Assembly (NCBI RefSeq): GCF_003010495.1
Contig: NZ_CP027570.1
Location: forward strand, 810,001 to 842,000
DNA: 32,000 nt
Reading direction: 5' to 3'
From: Megasphaera elsdenii DSM 20460
GTDB lineage: Bacteria; Bacillota; Negativicutes; Veillonellales; Megasphaeraceae
This document shows positions 1 through 8,033 of this stretch, piece after piece. The first letter of the stretch is position 1; each line of letters starts with the position of its first letter. Below the pieces are notes generated by a model. That model searched no databases and was not told the origin of the DNA. It saw only the letters and a list, made by a program, of their open reading frames with translations. The translations under genes and the position numbers were made by a program.

Positions 1-513
1 GCCATTTTCCGACAAGTACCGTTCCCAGTCGCGTATCTGGCGATAGCGGCTCTCCCAGATATCCTTGCGGACCAGTTCTTCCGGCATGCCGTCGCTCTTG
101 ATGAGGTTGTGGATGCGGGCGACGACGACTTCTTCGTAATGGGAGCGGTTGAAGATGCCGATTTCTCCCCGGCCGGGCAGGGCCTTGTTGATGCGCCACA
201 TGTAGTCGTGGTCCAATTCTTCCGAACTCGGCTTCTTGAAGCTCTGCACCTTGACGCCAGCCGGATTGAGGCGAGCAAAGACGTGCTTGACCGTCCCGTC
301 TTTCCCGGCAGCGTCCATGGCCTGCAGGACGATGACCAAGCCGTAATGGTTATCGGCAAAGAGTTTTTCCTGTAAATCCTGCATTTCCGTAATCGTCTGG
401 TCCAGCAGTTCTTCTTTGACTTTTTTCTTGTCGATATCCACATCGCAGGCCGTCGGCCATTGGGCCAAATCGACTTTTTCGCCTGATTTCGCTAAATAGC
501 GTGAAATATCCAT
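1..513 (-). CDS. Polyphosphate kinase 2 (PPK2) family protein, 3'-truncated by the window edge (first 171 aa present)
   Basis: Absent from the ORF track because it runs off the window. My minus-strand translation from ATG at 511-513 gives MDISRYLAKSGEKVDLAQWP...LVIVLQAMDAAGKDGTVKHVF...GIFNRSHYEEVVVARIH. The DAAGKDG P-loop and FNRSHYE motifs are typical of PPK2. AGGAG lies 8 nt upstream of the ATG. Confidence 0.85.
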   Translation of the reverse strand, partial: MDISRYLAKSGEKVDLAQWPTACDVDIDKKKVKEELLDQTITEMQDLQEKLFADNHYGLVIVLQAMDAAGKDGTVKHVFARLNPAGVKVQSFKKPSSEELDHDYMWRINKALPGRGEIGIFNRSHYEEVVVARIHNLIKSDGMPEELVRKDIWESRYRQIRDWERYLSENG

Positions 514-540
514 GATGAAAACTCCTTTCTCTATCTATGT

Positions 541-1884
541 TCACCGGATGGTCTGCGGGCCGCCCTTTCCCCAGCGGCTCCGCTTGCCGTTTTTATAGTC
601 GATGTTGATGGCCCCTATCTTGACTTTGCCGTTGACGATGGAAAAGGCATCCGTCGATACGTCGCCAAAGAACATGGAAATGACGACGTCCCGGAAGTTC
701 AAGGTCTTGCCATCTTGAGCAAAGGAACCGGAAATGCCCCGGAACGGTACGTTGTGATAGCGGCCCGGACCGGAACGGAAATCACCATAAATGGCTTTCG
801 TGCCGGCCGATTTATTTTCTTCCATATGCAGGTTCAAGTCGACATCACAGCGCAGGAAGAGGTCGTGGGCCGCAATGCCGCCTTTGAGCCGGGAACCGGT
901 CATATCGGCCGTATACGACCTATCATCCAGGTTCACCTGTCCCTGGCCCTTCATGGATCCGCCAAAGACGCCGGCCGTAACTTCCGTCACATCGAGCAGG
1001 CCCTGTTCATAGTGGACCTGCCCTACGACATCGGTAAAGACTAGGGCCGTAATGTCCAGGCGGTCCATCTTCAAAGTCCCGTCGATGACCGGCGCATACA
1101 AGGGGCCGCGGATATCCGCCGACACCGTCGCCGCGTCGTCGATGTCGAGGCCAGCTCCGAGAGAACGGGGATTGCAGTCGTTCAACAACAGGGACAGGTT
1201 ATACTGTGGCGTATCCGGTTTGAAATCCAGGCTCCCGCGGATGCGCAGGGACTTGGCTTCGAGAGTACCGGAAAAGTGGCCGGCCCGCAGATCAAGGGTC
1301 GTCTTGCCCTTGGTATGGATATGGGAAGAGAACTCGACATCGCCGATGGTAAAATGACGACCTGGCGCTTCGGCTTCGATGACGCTCTGGTGCAGGGCGA
1401 CATGGCAGTTAAAAGGGTGATTGCCTTTAGGGCCGGTGACCTTGATGAAACCCCGCGGATCTCCGCTCTGGTGGCCGCTTATTTTCTTGACATGCTGTAA
1501 CTCCATTTTATCATTAAAGATCAAATGGATATAGGCATTATCCAAGGTCACGTCTTCCACGGTCTGTGTACCGATATGGCCGGTCAGGACATCGCTCAAC
1601 TTGACCGTGAACTGGCCTTTTGGGATCTGGACCAGCGTATCGCCGTCCTCGTCGTTCCACACCAGGTTCTCAAAGGAGACCGTCCCGCCTGGCGTCGCCG
1701 TCAGCCGTTCTACAGTTACCGTGCCGGGAAAGAGCTGGCGCTCGGCGACGACTTGGTTGAAAATGTCCGCTGCCTTATAACTCATGTAAAAGCAGAGGCC
1801 ATAAAGGGCGGCAGCGATGCAGAGGACCAGGACGGCTATTTTCTTGAATTTCCCTTTATGACGACTATACCAGTTATTCCACAT
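541..1884 (-). CDS. N-terminally membrane-anchored envelope protein, tentatively AsmA/TamB-like (repetitive beta-rich body)
   Basis: Long ORF 541..1905. The N-terminus is KGKFKK followed by a hydrophobic helix (IAVLVLCIAAALYGLCFYM). The rest is a beta-rich repetitive region with G..L....G motifs, as in AsmA-family proteins. The start is ATG 1884 (overlaps the upstream stop by 11 nt) or GTG 1905. The function call is tentative. Confidence 0.6.
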   Translation of the reverse strand: MWNNWYSRHKGKFKKIAVLVLCIAAALYGLCFYMSYKAADIFNQVVAERQLFPGTVTVERLTATPGGTVSFENLVWNDEDGDTLVQIPKGQFTVKLSDVLTGHIGTQTVEDVTLDNAYIHLIFNDKMELQHVKKISGHQSGDPRGFIKVTGPKGNHPFNCHVALHQSVIEAEAPGRHFTIGDVEFSSHIHTKGKTTLDLRAGHFSGTLEAKSLRIRGSLDFKPDTPQYNLSLLLNDCNPRSLGAGLDIDDAATVSADIRGPLYAPVIDGTLKMDRLDITALVFTDVVGQVHYEQGLLDVTEVTAGVFGGSMKGQGQVNLDDRSYTADMTGSRLKGGIAAHDLFLRCDVDLNLHMEENKSAGTKAIYGDFRSGPGRYHNVPFRGISGSFAQDGKTLNFRDVVISMFFGDVSTDAFSIVNGKVKIGAINIDYKNGKRSRWGKGGPQTIR

Positions 1885-3919
1885 GTTCTCCCGACTTCTT
1901 GGCACTCATATCACTGATTTTCCAGGTACCTCCATCTTTGACCATCGTGACCTGGCCATTGAAATACTGCACTTTGACTTTGGCACTGCCTGGGATACGG
2001 TCCCGCGCTTTCAAAGCAAAGGAAAAGGTCGTCTTGTTACCGCCGGAAGCGATCTGGCGGATATTGGAAACGTCACTGGACAAAGTATTGGCATAGCCCG
2101 GTGCGTAGCCATCATAACCGCCGACGGAAGTCTGGAAATCAGGTGTCAGCAATTGGAAGGCCTCTTGCAGGTGATGCCCGGAAATATCCTTATGATAAGC
2201 CAGGAAAGCCTGTTTGGCGCCATCCGTCTGTTCATCGGCCAGGCGGACGCTGATGTATTCGACAGCCTGGCTGTTCTTGCTGACGGCAAAGCGCAGGATT
2301 CCTGTTTTCCCGTCATCGGTCTTAAAAGTATATTCGTAATGGATCTGGGCTCCGTATTCCGAGGCCTGATAGTCATCGCCATAGGCATTGACGACATCAT
2401 CGAAAGAGCTTCCCTGATGGATTCCCCGCTTGCTCTGGGCTGCCGGCGACGACGACGTCAACATGATGACTTTGTTGTCTTTGACGACGACGTCCATATC
2501 GGTGAACTTATGGTGAACGGCCCCGTCCTTACTGTCGGAGGTACTGAGTTCCCGTCCCAGCCCGTCGTTGGCTTCATCCCAGCTTTGTCCCAGGTAAACA
2601 CCGTTTAAAGAGAGTTCAGAATCGGCCGTTTTGACAACTTGCTGCGAATGGGTCCCGGTACCGGCAGGAAGGCTTTTAGGCTGACTATGGGCATACCAGA
2701 TACCGCCCGCTACGGCCAGGACCAGGACGACACCTAAGGCGATGAGGACTTTGCCATGTTCCCGTAATTGTTCCTTCAAAGGCCGTTGAGGAGGCATATT
2801 CTGCTGAATGTCATGGCGGGGAACCTCAGATAACGGCGCTGCTGCCGGTTCCGTTTCCTTGCTAAAAGGGTCCGGCAAAGGGCCTGCTGAGGCATCGGGA
2901 GTCTGCAGTCTGGTTCCGCAAGAAGGGCAGAACTTGGCCGTCGGGTCGACGACGTGATGGCATTGCGGGCACGTATAGACGGGTTTGCCGCAGTGACTGC
3001 AAAAAATGGCATCGCCTTCGACAGGATGGCCGCAGTACGGGCAGGTCTTTTTATTTACTTCATTTACTTTCCGCGTTGACATTCCATTTTTTCTATCTTC
3101 AAGATTGGCTTGGTTGTCACCTGTATCGTCAAAGTCAAACGATGTAAACATGTTTTCACCACTAATCGTTCCGATAGAAGCCAGCGACGAAATCCCGAAG
3201 ATAAAGAAGACGGCCGTCCAAGGAACGGTATTCATGAGACGGAAGGCTTGGTAAAAGGAAGTTCCCAGCCGTTCTTCCCGGCGATAGATATAATGCTGGC
3301 AGAAAACAGGAATCATCCAGACCAGGACCAGGAGGACGGCATAGCCGATGAAAGTCCCATAACCACCACGGGTCATGCCAAACATGAGCTGGGTCATACT
3401 ATAGACGATGTGGCCGACGACAGCCGCCGTACAAAGGGCACTGATGAGCCAGCTGAGGACGACGTAGTAAATATAGCGGCGGTATTTGCTGATATAATGC
3501 CAACGTCTGCGATTCACATAAATAGTAGCGATGATACCCAGAATACAGAGAATGGCAGCGACAGTCCCACTGAAAAGGTCGGCAATCAAAATCAATAAAA
3601 GGTCTACAACGAAATAGCCAAGGGCCATTTTGAGCAGGTAGACTAAAGCCCGCGTCTTATAGAGCAGATAAATCATGATGACAAAAAGGGCCAGCGAAGC
3701 CAGTGTATTGAGACCGCTGAAAAAAGTCAGGACATCGATCGTCCGCCGTATCCCAACAGGGCCGCCGAAGAGGCCGATCATTTCCAGTCCCCGAAGAGCC
3801 AATTCAAACAACACACCCAGTACCGTCGTTACCACGCCAAGATACATCATGGCGATGATAGCGGTATACTTCTTGTGTTCTGTCGGGAACCACTTGCCAA
3901 AATAACCTAAAGAATCCAT
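1874..3919 (-). CDS. Multi-pass membrane protein with a cytoplasmic double zinc-ribbon, a further TM helix and an extracytoplasmic C-terminal domain (NTF2-like tail)
   Basis: 681-aa ORF with GGAGG 7 nt upstream of the ATG. It has about 7 N-terminal hydrophobic helices, then CPYCGHPVEGDAIFCSHCGKPV and CPQCHHVVDPTAKFCPSCGTRL (two CxxC..CxxC ribbons), a Pro-rich linker, TM helix VLIALGVVLVLAVAGGIWY and a soluble C-terminus. Confidence 0.8.
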   Translation of the reverse strand: MDSLGYFGKWFPTEHKKYTAIIAMMYLGVVTTVLGVLFELALRGLEMIGLFGGPVGIRRTIDVLTFFSGLNTLASLALFVIMIYLLYKTRALVYLLKMALGYFVVDLLLILIADLFSGTVAAILCILGIIATIYVNRRRWHYISKYRRYIYYVVLSWLISALCTAAVVGHIVYSMTQLMFGMTRGGYGTFIGYAVLLVLVWMIPVFCQHYIYRREERLGTSFYQAFRLMNTVPWTAVFFIFGISSLASIGTISGENMFTSFDFDDTGDNQANLEDRKNGMSTRKVNEVNKKTCPYCGHPVEGDAIFCSHCGKPVYTCPQCHHVVDPTAKFCPSCGTRLQTPDASAGPLPDPFSKETEPAAAPLSEVPRHDIQQNMPPQRPLKEQLREHGKVLIALGVVLVLAVAGGIWYAHSQPKSLPAGTGTHSQQVVKTADSELSLNGVYLGQSWDEANDGLGRELSTSDSKDGAVHHKFTDMDVVVKDNKVIMLTSSSPAAQSKRGIHQGSSFDDVVNAYGDDYQASEYGAQIHYEYTFKTDDGKTGILRFAVSKNSQAVEYISVRLADEQTDGAKQAFLAYHKDISGHHLQEAFQLLTPDFQTSVGGYDGYAPGYANTLSSDVSNIRQIASGGNKTTFSFALKARDRIPGSAKVKVQYFNGQVTMVKDGGTWKISDMSAKKSGEHVE

Positions 3920-3970
3920 AGAAACACCTCCATGCCAATAAGGGGAATTATAATTTCATGTTACACCTAT

Positions 3971-3999
3971 TTGACGAAAAGGAAAAGGGGCTGTAATGT
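3971..3999 (+). promoter_or_regulatory. Candidate sigma-70-type promoter for the 4063 gene (TTGACG-17-TAATGT)
   Basis: TTGACG at 3971-3976, a 17-nt spacer, TAATGT at 3994-3999. It overlaps a hairpin, GCTGTAA(3990-3996)/TTACAGC(4010-4016), followed by TTTTT. Confidence 0.35.
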
Positions 4000-4062
4000 T
4001 CTTGATTTTTTACAGCTTTTTCTCTACTATAAAAAGTAACGACTACGTATGCGAGGTATTTT

Positions 4063-5148
4063 ATGGACAGACAGCAAATGACGCGCCGGGAGTGGGTATC
4101 GGCACAACTCACGACTTGGCAGAATGTTTTGAGTGCCATCTGGATTTTCGCTATCCTCATGTATACTTTTATCCACGGTTTTAATCCCTGGGTCATCATC
4201 GGCGGCTTCGTCGGCTTTTTTATCGTTACGGCCTGGCAGATGATTTACATGATGCTCGCCTTTTCCCTGATTGCCGGCGGCCTCTGTGCCATATTTCCCT
4301 TTTTGGCGCCTGTCGCCTTCATCATCATGATCGTCCTCTTCATCGCCCGCATCGGTTTCATCTTGAAGAACTGGCGGGCTGTCATTGCCGGTCTTATGGT
4401 CTACGGCCTGGCCTTTGTCCTCTACTTCCGCATGGATTGGCTCAATACCTTATACCGGCCGATTTACCGAGGCTTGGCAACGATAGTAAACACGTTTCCT
4501 CACGTTTTCTTTACAGTCGTTCACGCGTCTCTCCTGGTTCGAGTCTTGGCCTTGACAGCCTTAGCCGCCCTTATCGCCTTCGTCTTCCAGCTCTTGTTGT
4601 ATTGGCTCTATCGGAATGGTTACTCCTCGTCAGGTGCTTTGAACATCATGGGCAGTATCCCCCTGGTCATCATCGCCCTGGTCCTGCCCTTCCTGAAAGC
4701 CGCTGCCGGCGGCGTCGTCGACGGCATGGCCGACGGCTTCGCCCACGATAGCGCCTTTGCCCATGACGGCGTCGTCAGCCACGAAGGCTTAGTCAAAGCG
4801 CCGTCCGGTTACCACCATGTAAACGGCTATACCCGCATCGCCCCAGACGGCCATACGGAATATGTCCACGACTACATCCGCTCCAACCCGGACGGCATTT
4901 TAGAAAACAACCTGTCCTATCACGGAAATCATCCCGTCGTAGAAGGAACGTACCAAGCTCTTCCTGGAGAAGCGGCTCACGTCCCGGCCAGCACAGGCCA
5001 CTCCCTGTACGTCATGCTGGCCGGCGGCATGAAGAGCGGCTGGCGGGTCGTCGCCAACATCGGCCGCCATACCCTGATCACACTCTTCCTGGTGTATACC
5101 GCCGTGTTCCTCGTAACCAGTGTGGTCGTTTACACTGTTTATCGGTAA
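4063..5148 (+). CDS. Hypothetical integral membrane protein (multi-TM, His/Gly/Asp-rich loop, C-terminal TM)
   Basis: 361-aa ORF with GAGG upstream of the ATG and many hydrophobic helices. The loop reads GFAHDSAFAHDGVVSHEG...GYHHVNGYTRIAPDGHTEYVHDYIRSNPDG. It is followed by a strong terminator. I recognise no family. Confidence 0.75.
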   Translation: MDRQQMTRREWVSAQLTTWQNVLSAIWIFAILMYTFIHGFNPWVIIGGFVGFFIVTAWQMIYMMLAFSLIAGGLCAIFPFLAPVAFIIMIVLFIARIGFILKNWRAVIAGLMVYGLAFVLYFRMDWLNTLYRPIYRGLATIVNTFPHVFFTVVHASLLVRVLALTALAALIAFVFQLLLYWLYRNGYSSSGALNIMGSIPLVIIALVLPFLKAAAGGVVDGMADGFAHDSAFAHDGVVSHEGLVKAPSGYHHVNGYTRIAPDGHTEYVHDYIRSNPDGILENNLSYHGNHPVVEGTYQALPGEAAHVPASTGHSLYVMLAGGMKSGWRVVANIGRHTLITLFLVYTAVFLVTSVVVYTVYR

Positions 5149-5185
5149 AAAAATAGGCTGTCGCTTATGCGACAGCCTATTTTTA
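5149..5185. terminator. Rho-independent (bidirectional) terminator
   Basis: 12-bp perfect stem ATAGGCTGTCGC(5153-5164)/GCGACAGCCTAT(5169-5180) with loop TTAT, flanked by an A-run and a T-run. Confidence 0.85.
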
Positions 5186-5186
5186 A

Positions 5187-5312
5187 GTGGTTAGTGGTTA
5201 GTGGTTAGTGGCTAGTGAATGGTTTCGTAGGGGCCGTCCCAAAGGGCGGCCCGCCATGGATTTGTATAATCCCCTACGGATTACGAGCCACGAATCACTA
5301 ACAACGAACCAC
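5187..5312. repeat. Composite palindromic intergenic repeat, full copy: GTGGYTA heptamer arm, GTAG-headed GC hairpin, inverted heptamer arm
   Basis: The left arm is GTGGTTA x3 + GTGGCTA + GTG (5187-5217). The core is GTAGGGGCCGTCCCAAAGGGCGGCCCGC (5227-5254), followed by CCCCTACG (5271-5278). The reverse complement of 5271-5312 reads GTGGTTC GTTGTTA GTGATTC GTGGCTC GTAATCC GTAGGGG. Confidence 0.85.
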
Positions 5313-5320
5313 AAAAGACA

Positions 5321-6481
5321 CTAATACCACTCGTTGATCCAGTTTTTTTCGGTCGGGAAGAGGGCCTGCAGGGTTTGCAGGGCCTGTTCATTTCCCTGTA
5401 GTTTTTCATTGAAAACCAGGTCGTTTACATCCATGGCGCCAAAGGCTAATAAAGCCAGGGTACCGATGGGCAGGGTAACGTCGGCCTGCTCATTCTTTTC
5501 TTGGGTAACTACGGGTTTACCATTGTTTACTGTCAAGGTAAAGGTCCCGCAGTTCCAATCCGCCAAGGGGTCTTCCGTATGGAAGGTAACCGTACCGTCG
5601 GTCTGGTAGGGAAGCTGTTCCAAGGCCCCTTTGACATCGACGATGCGGCCCGTCATGAAGGGCATCGTTTCATGGCCCTGTTTCCCGTCGGGATAAAAGC
5701 GATAGGACTGGTCATGGATGCCTTCGTTCCATTGGAAGGCCTCGCCTTGAGAACGGTGGTTGTACATATAGCCTAAGAGGCCCCGTTTTCCCTTGCGGCA
5801 GGTGTAAACAAATTCACCGCTGATGATGGTCGGTTCTCCCAGCTGATAGAAGGCATAGCCAATCGGTTCATCCCCATCGAAGCAGACAGCGATATTGCCT
5901 TCGGCCAGCTGGGCCTCGATATGGCTCCGCCAGCTCTGTTCATCGCGCAGGGCATAGCCGGACAGGCCCTTCGTATAGCCTTCATAAACGGCGGCCAGAT
6001 AAGGCCACTGATCCGGGCTGTTGACAAAGGCATAGCGCACGGTCCGGTCCGTCAGAGGCCGCAAGGCTTCCAGGGGCATCGTTTCCTTCCACTGATGACA
6101 ATAGAGTTCATAGCCATAAGGCTGATAGAAACCGGCCTTGCTGGGCATGAGGATGTGAATGTAATGGCCGCGGCGCTTCATTTCCTTTAGGGCTGCCGTC
6201 AACAGTTTCCCGCCGACACCGCTGCGCCGGGCTGCAGGATGCGTTGCCAGACCGACGATATACGACGTGTCGATGGCTTTGCCGCGCAGGCACAGCGTAT
6301 ACGGATTGAGATGGGTCAGGCAGGCCATATCATCGCCTTCAAAGCCCATGAGGACGTTTTCAGGCCGATAAAAATGATTGAAATACCACTGGAAAAACGG
6401 ATCTTCCCGGTGTTCGAAACAATAGTCCCAAAGGCTTTCGACGAGGCCCCGGTCCGATTCAGTCGCTAAACGGAAGTGCAT
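5321..6481 (-). CDS. GNAT family N-acetyltransferase, Eis-like (GNAT + C-terminal SCP2-like domain)
   Basis: 386-aa ORF. The N-terminus MHFRLATESDRGLVESLWDYCF and the acetyl-CoA motif HPAARRSGVGGKLLTAALKEMKRRG fit this family, as do the length and layout (COG4552/Eis-like). AGGGGG lies 7 nt upstream of the ATG. Confidence 0.8.
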   Translation of the reverse strand: MHFRLATESDRGLVESLWDYCFEHREDPFFQWYFNHFYRPENVLMGFEGDDMACLTHLNPYTLCLRGKAIDTSYIVGLATHPAARRSGVGGKLLTAALKEMKRRGHYIHILMPSKAGFYQPYGYELYCHQWKETMPLEALRPLTDRTVRYAFVNSPDQWPYLAAVYEGYTKGLSGYALRDEQSWRSHIEAQLAEGNIAVCFDGDEPIGYAFYQLGEPTIISGEFVYTCRKGKRGLLGYMYNHRSQGEAFQWNEGIHDQSYRFYPDGKQGHETMPFMTGRIVDVKGALEQLPYQTDGTVTFHTEDPLADWNCGTFTLTVNNGKPVVTQEKNEQADVTLPIGTLALLAFGAMDVNDLVFNEKLQGNEQALQTLQALFPTEKNWINEWY

Positions 6482-6493
6482 AGAAAGGCCCCC

Positions 6494-7378
6494 TTATTTC
6501 TGGCGCAGTGTGACGTCGTATTTTTCGACGAAGTGATCCGGATTATACGATTCTTTGGAATGGCGCAGGCCGGGAATCCCCATGTCTTCTTCGCGGTTGA
6601 TGTACGTCGTGTGCGGCCAGGCATGGACGACAAATTCATGGTTGATGACCTGGTACAGGCCGCGGATGGTCGGATCGCTCTTTTCAAAATGGATGATAGC
6701 CGTATCATCGTTGAGCATTTCACCGATGGAGAAGGCGACGATCTTATTATACATGCGGATGGCGCCGCCTGTCGGCTGGAGGACTTCCCAGTTGTTAAAG
6801 ACCGTTTCGATGGCATGGCGTTCGCCTAAGAGTTCATCGTCTTCATCGCCGGCTTCATGCTGGTCATACCAGGACTGTTCAGCGGCCAGACATTCATCGA
6901 AGATATCTTCCGTAATGGGGACGTATTCCCAGTTGCCGAAATACTGATTACGGAAATGGTTGAGGTTATTCTTTTTCTGGCGGTATTTCTTGCCCGACAG
7001 ATTAATCAGGTTCTGCGTCAGGTAGACATATTCATAATTGTCCCGGTCCGGCGTGAAGTCGTAACAGTCTTCGCAGAGCGCTTTGATCCGTTCGACAGCA
7101 GCCGGCGTGACGCCTTTCATCAAGAAAGGATAGCCGTGTTCTTCGAACCATTCATGCATGCGCAGGACGCCTTTAGCGAAACTGCCGTCTTTGCGGGCGA
7201 AAGGCGGGATCCAGAACTGTTTCTTGCCGCGGCCCGAGCGGATGTAGAGGACATTGTCTTCTTCAGCCCACTGGATTTCATAGGGCTTCTGCCAGGCAAA
7301 TAGCGTCATAAAGGTAGCATCAGCCTGTTCATATCTTTTCTGATGAAAATAGTCATCTATAATGGGTTTATCTTCCAA
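6494..7378 (-). CDS. DUF2156 domain protein (MprF C-terminal / FemX-like aminoacyl-transferase fold)
   Basis: ORF with ...DKPIIDDYFHQKRYEQADATFMTLFAWQKPYEIQWAEEDNVLYIRSG, typical of stand-alone DUF2156 proteins. The track start at 7378 is a TTG with no RBS. The frame stays open to 7414, and GGGGGAG is followed by ATT codons (7400-7402, 7397-7399), so the true start is probably 7399-7402. Confidence 0.8.
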   Translation of the reverse strand: MEDKPIIDDYFHQKRYEQADATFMTLFAWQKPYEIQWAEEDNVLYIRSGRGKKQFWIPPFARKDGSFAKGVLRMHEWFEEHGYPFLMKGVTPAAVERIKALCEDCYDFTPDRDNYEYVYLTQNLINLSGKKYRQKKNNLNHFRNQYFGNWEYVPITEDIFDECLAAEQSWYDQHEAGDEDDELLGERHAIETVFNNWEVLQPTGGAIRMYNKIVAFSIGEMLNDDTAIIHFEKSDPTIRGLYQVINHEFVVHAWPHTTYINREEDMGIPGLRHSKESYNPDHFVEKYDVTLRQK

Positions 7379-7424
7379 ACGGATTTCTCTAAATTCAATA
7401 ATAGTAATCTCCCCCTAACTAGGA

Positions 7425-8033
7425 TTACAATTTAGACACATAAGGATTGTCTTTTATATAGAACCGCCAGGGAAAATGCTTTCCCCGTTCGGCATAGTCA
7501 ATATTGATGCGCGTCGTCTGAACGATAGAAAAAGGTTCCTGACGCAGCGGATGGGCCAGATAGAGTTCATCACCGGTCAAATCCAGACCGTTCTGGTCCC
7601 GCGTAATAGCCAGGGCCTGGCAAAGTTTTCCCGGCCCGTTAGTCAGATTCTTGCTGACTTTCTTCGCCTTCCGGCGCTGTACCATGAGCGGAGTCCCTTC
7701 AGCTGGTTCAACAGCCCGTATGAGCACGGCCTGGCCCTGTCCTTCCGGACCGGCGACGACATTGAAGCAGCAGTACATGCCGTAAATCAGGTAGACATAA
7801 CTGATGCCGCCGGCGTGGAACATCGGTGCCGTCCGCTTGGTAAGGCCATGAAAGCTATGGGCTCCGTCGTCGGCAAAGCCGTCGTAACAGCCGCCATAAG
7901 CTTCGGTCTCGACGATGAGGCCACTGCAGAGGCCCTGTGGCGTTTCATGGATGAGGTACTGCCCCAGCAGGCGCGGGGCCAGTACGCTGGTGTCGACGCA
8001 AAATTCGTCAGCCCTCCATTTCCGGCCGGTCAT
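7425..8033 (-). CDS. mpg: DNA-3-methyladenine glycosylase (Mpg/AAG family)
   Basis: 202 aa containing LLGQYLIHETPQGLCSGLIVETEAYGG...DDGAHSFHGLTKRTAPMFHAGGISYVYLIYGMYCCFNVV, the hallmark of the AAG/Mpg family. The ATG overlaps the IclR stop (ATGA). Confidence 0.9.
   Translation of the reverse strand: MTGRKWRADEFCVDTSVLAPRLLGQYLIHETPQGLCSGLIVETEAYGGCYDGFADDGAHSFHGLTKRTAPMFHAGGISYVYLIYGMYCCFNVVAGPEGQGQAVLIRAVEPAEGTPLMVQRRKAKKVSKNLTNGPGKLCQALAITRDQNGLDLTGDELYLAHPLRQEPFSIVQTTRINIDYAERGKHFPWRFYIKDNPYVSKL

Noticed and set aside
109-375. 88-aa plus-strand ORF, and the 64-aa ORF 350..544 (-), at the window start
   Set aside because: Both overlap the minus-strand PPK2 reading frame, which has strong motifs and an RBS. 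The track misses PPK2 because it runs off the window.
5187-5217. Possibility that the short tandem repeats are a CRISPR array or a satellite
   Set aside because: The period is only 7 nt with no spacers. The arrays are 2-5 units long and form inverted arms around hairpins. No cas genes are present. They are better explained as part of the composite REP-like element.
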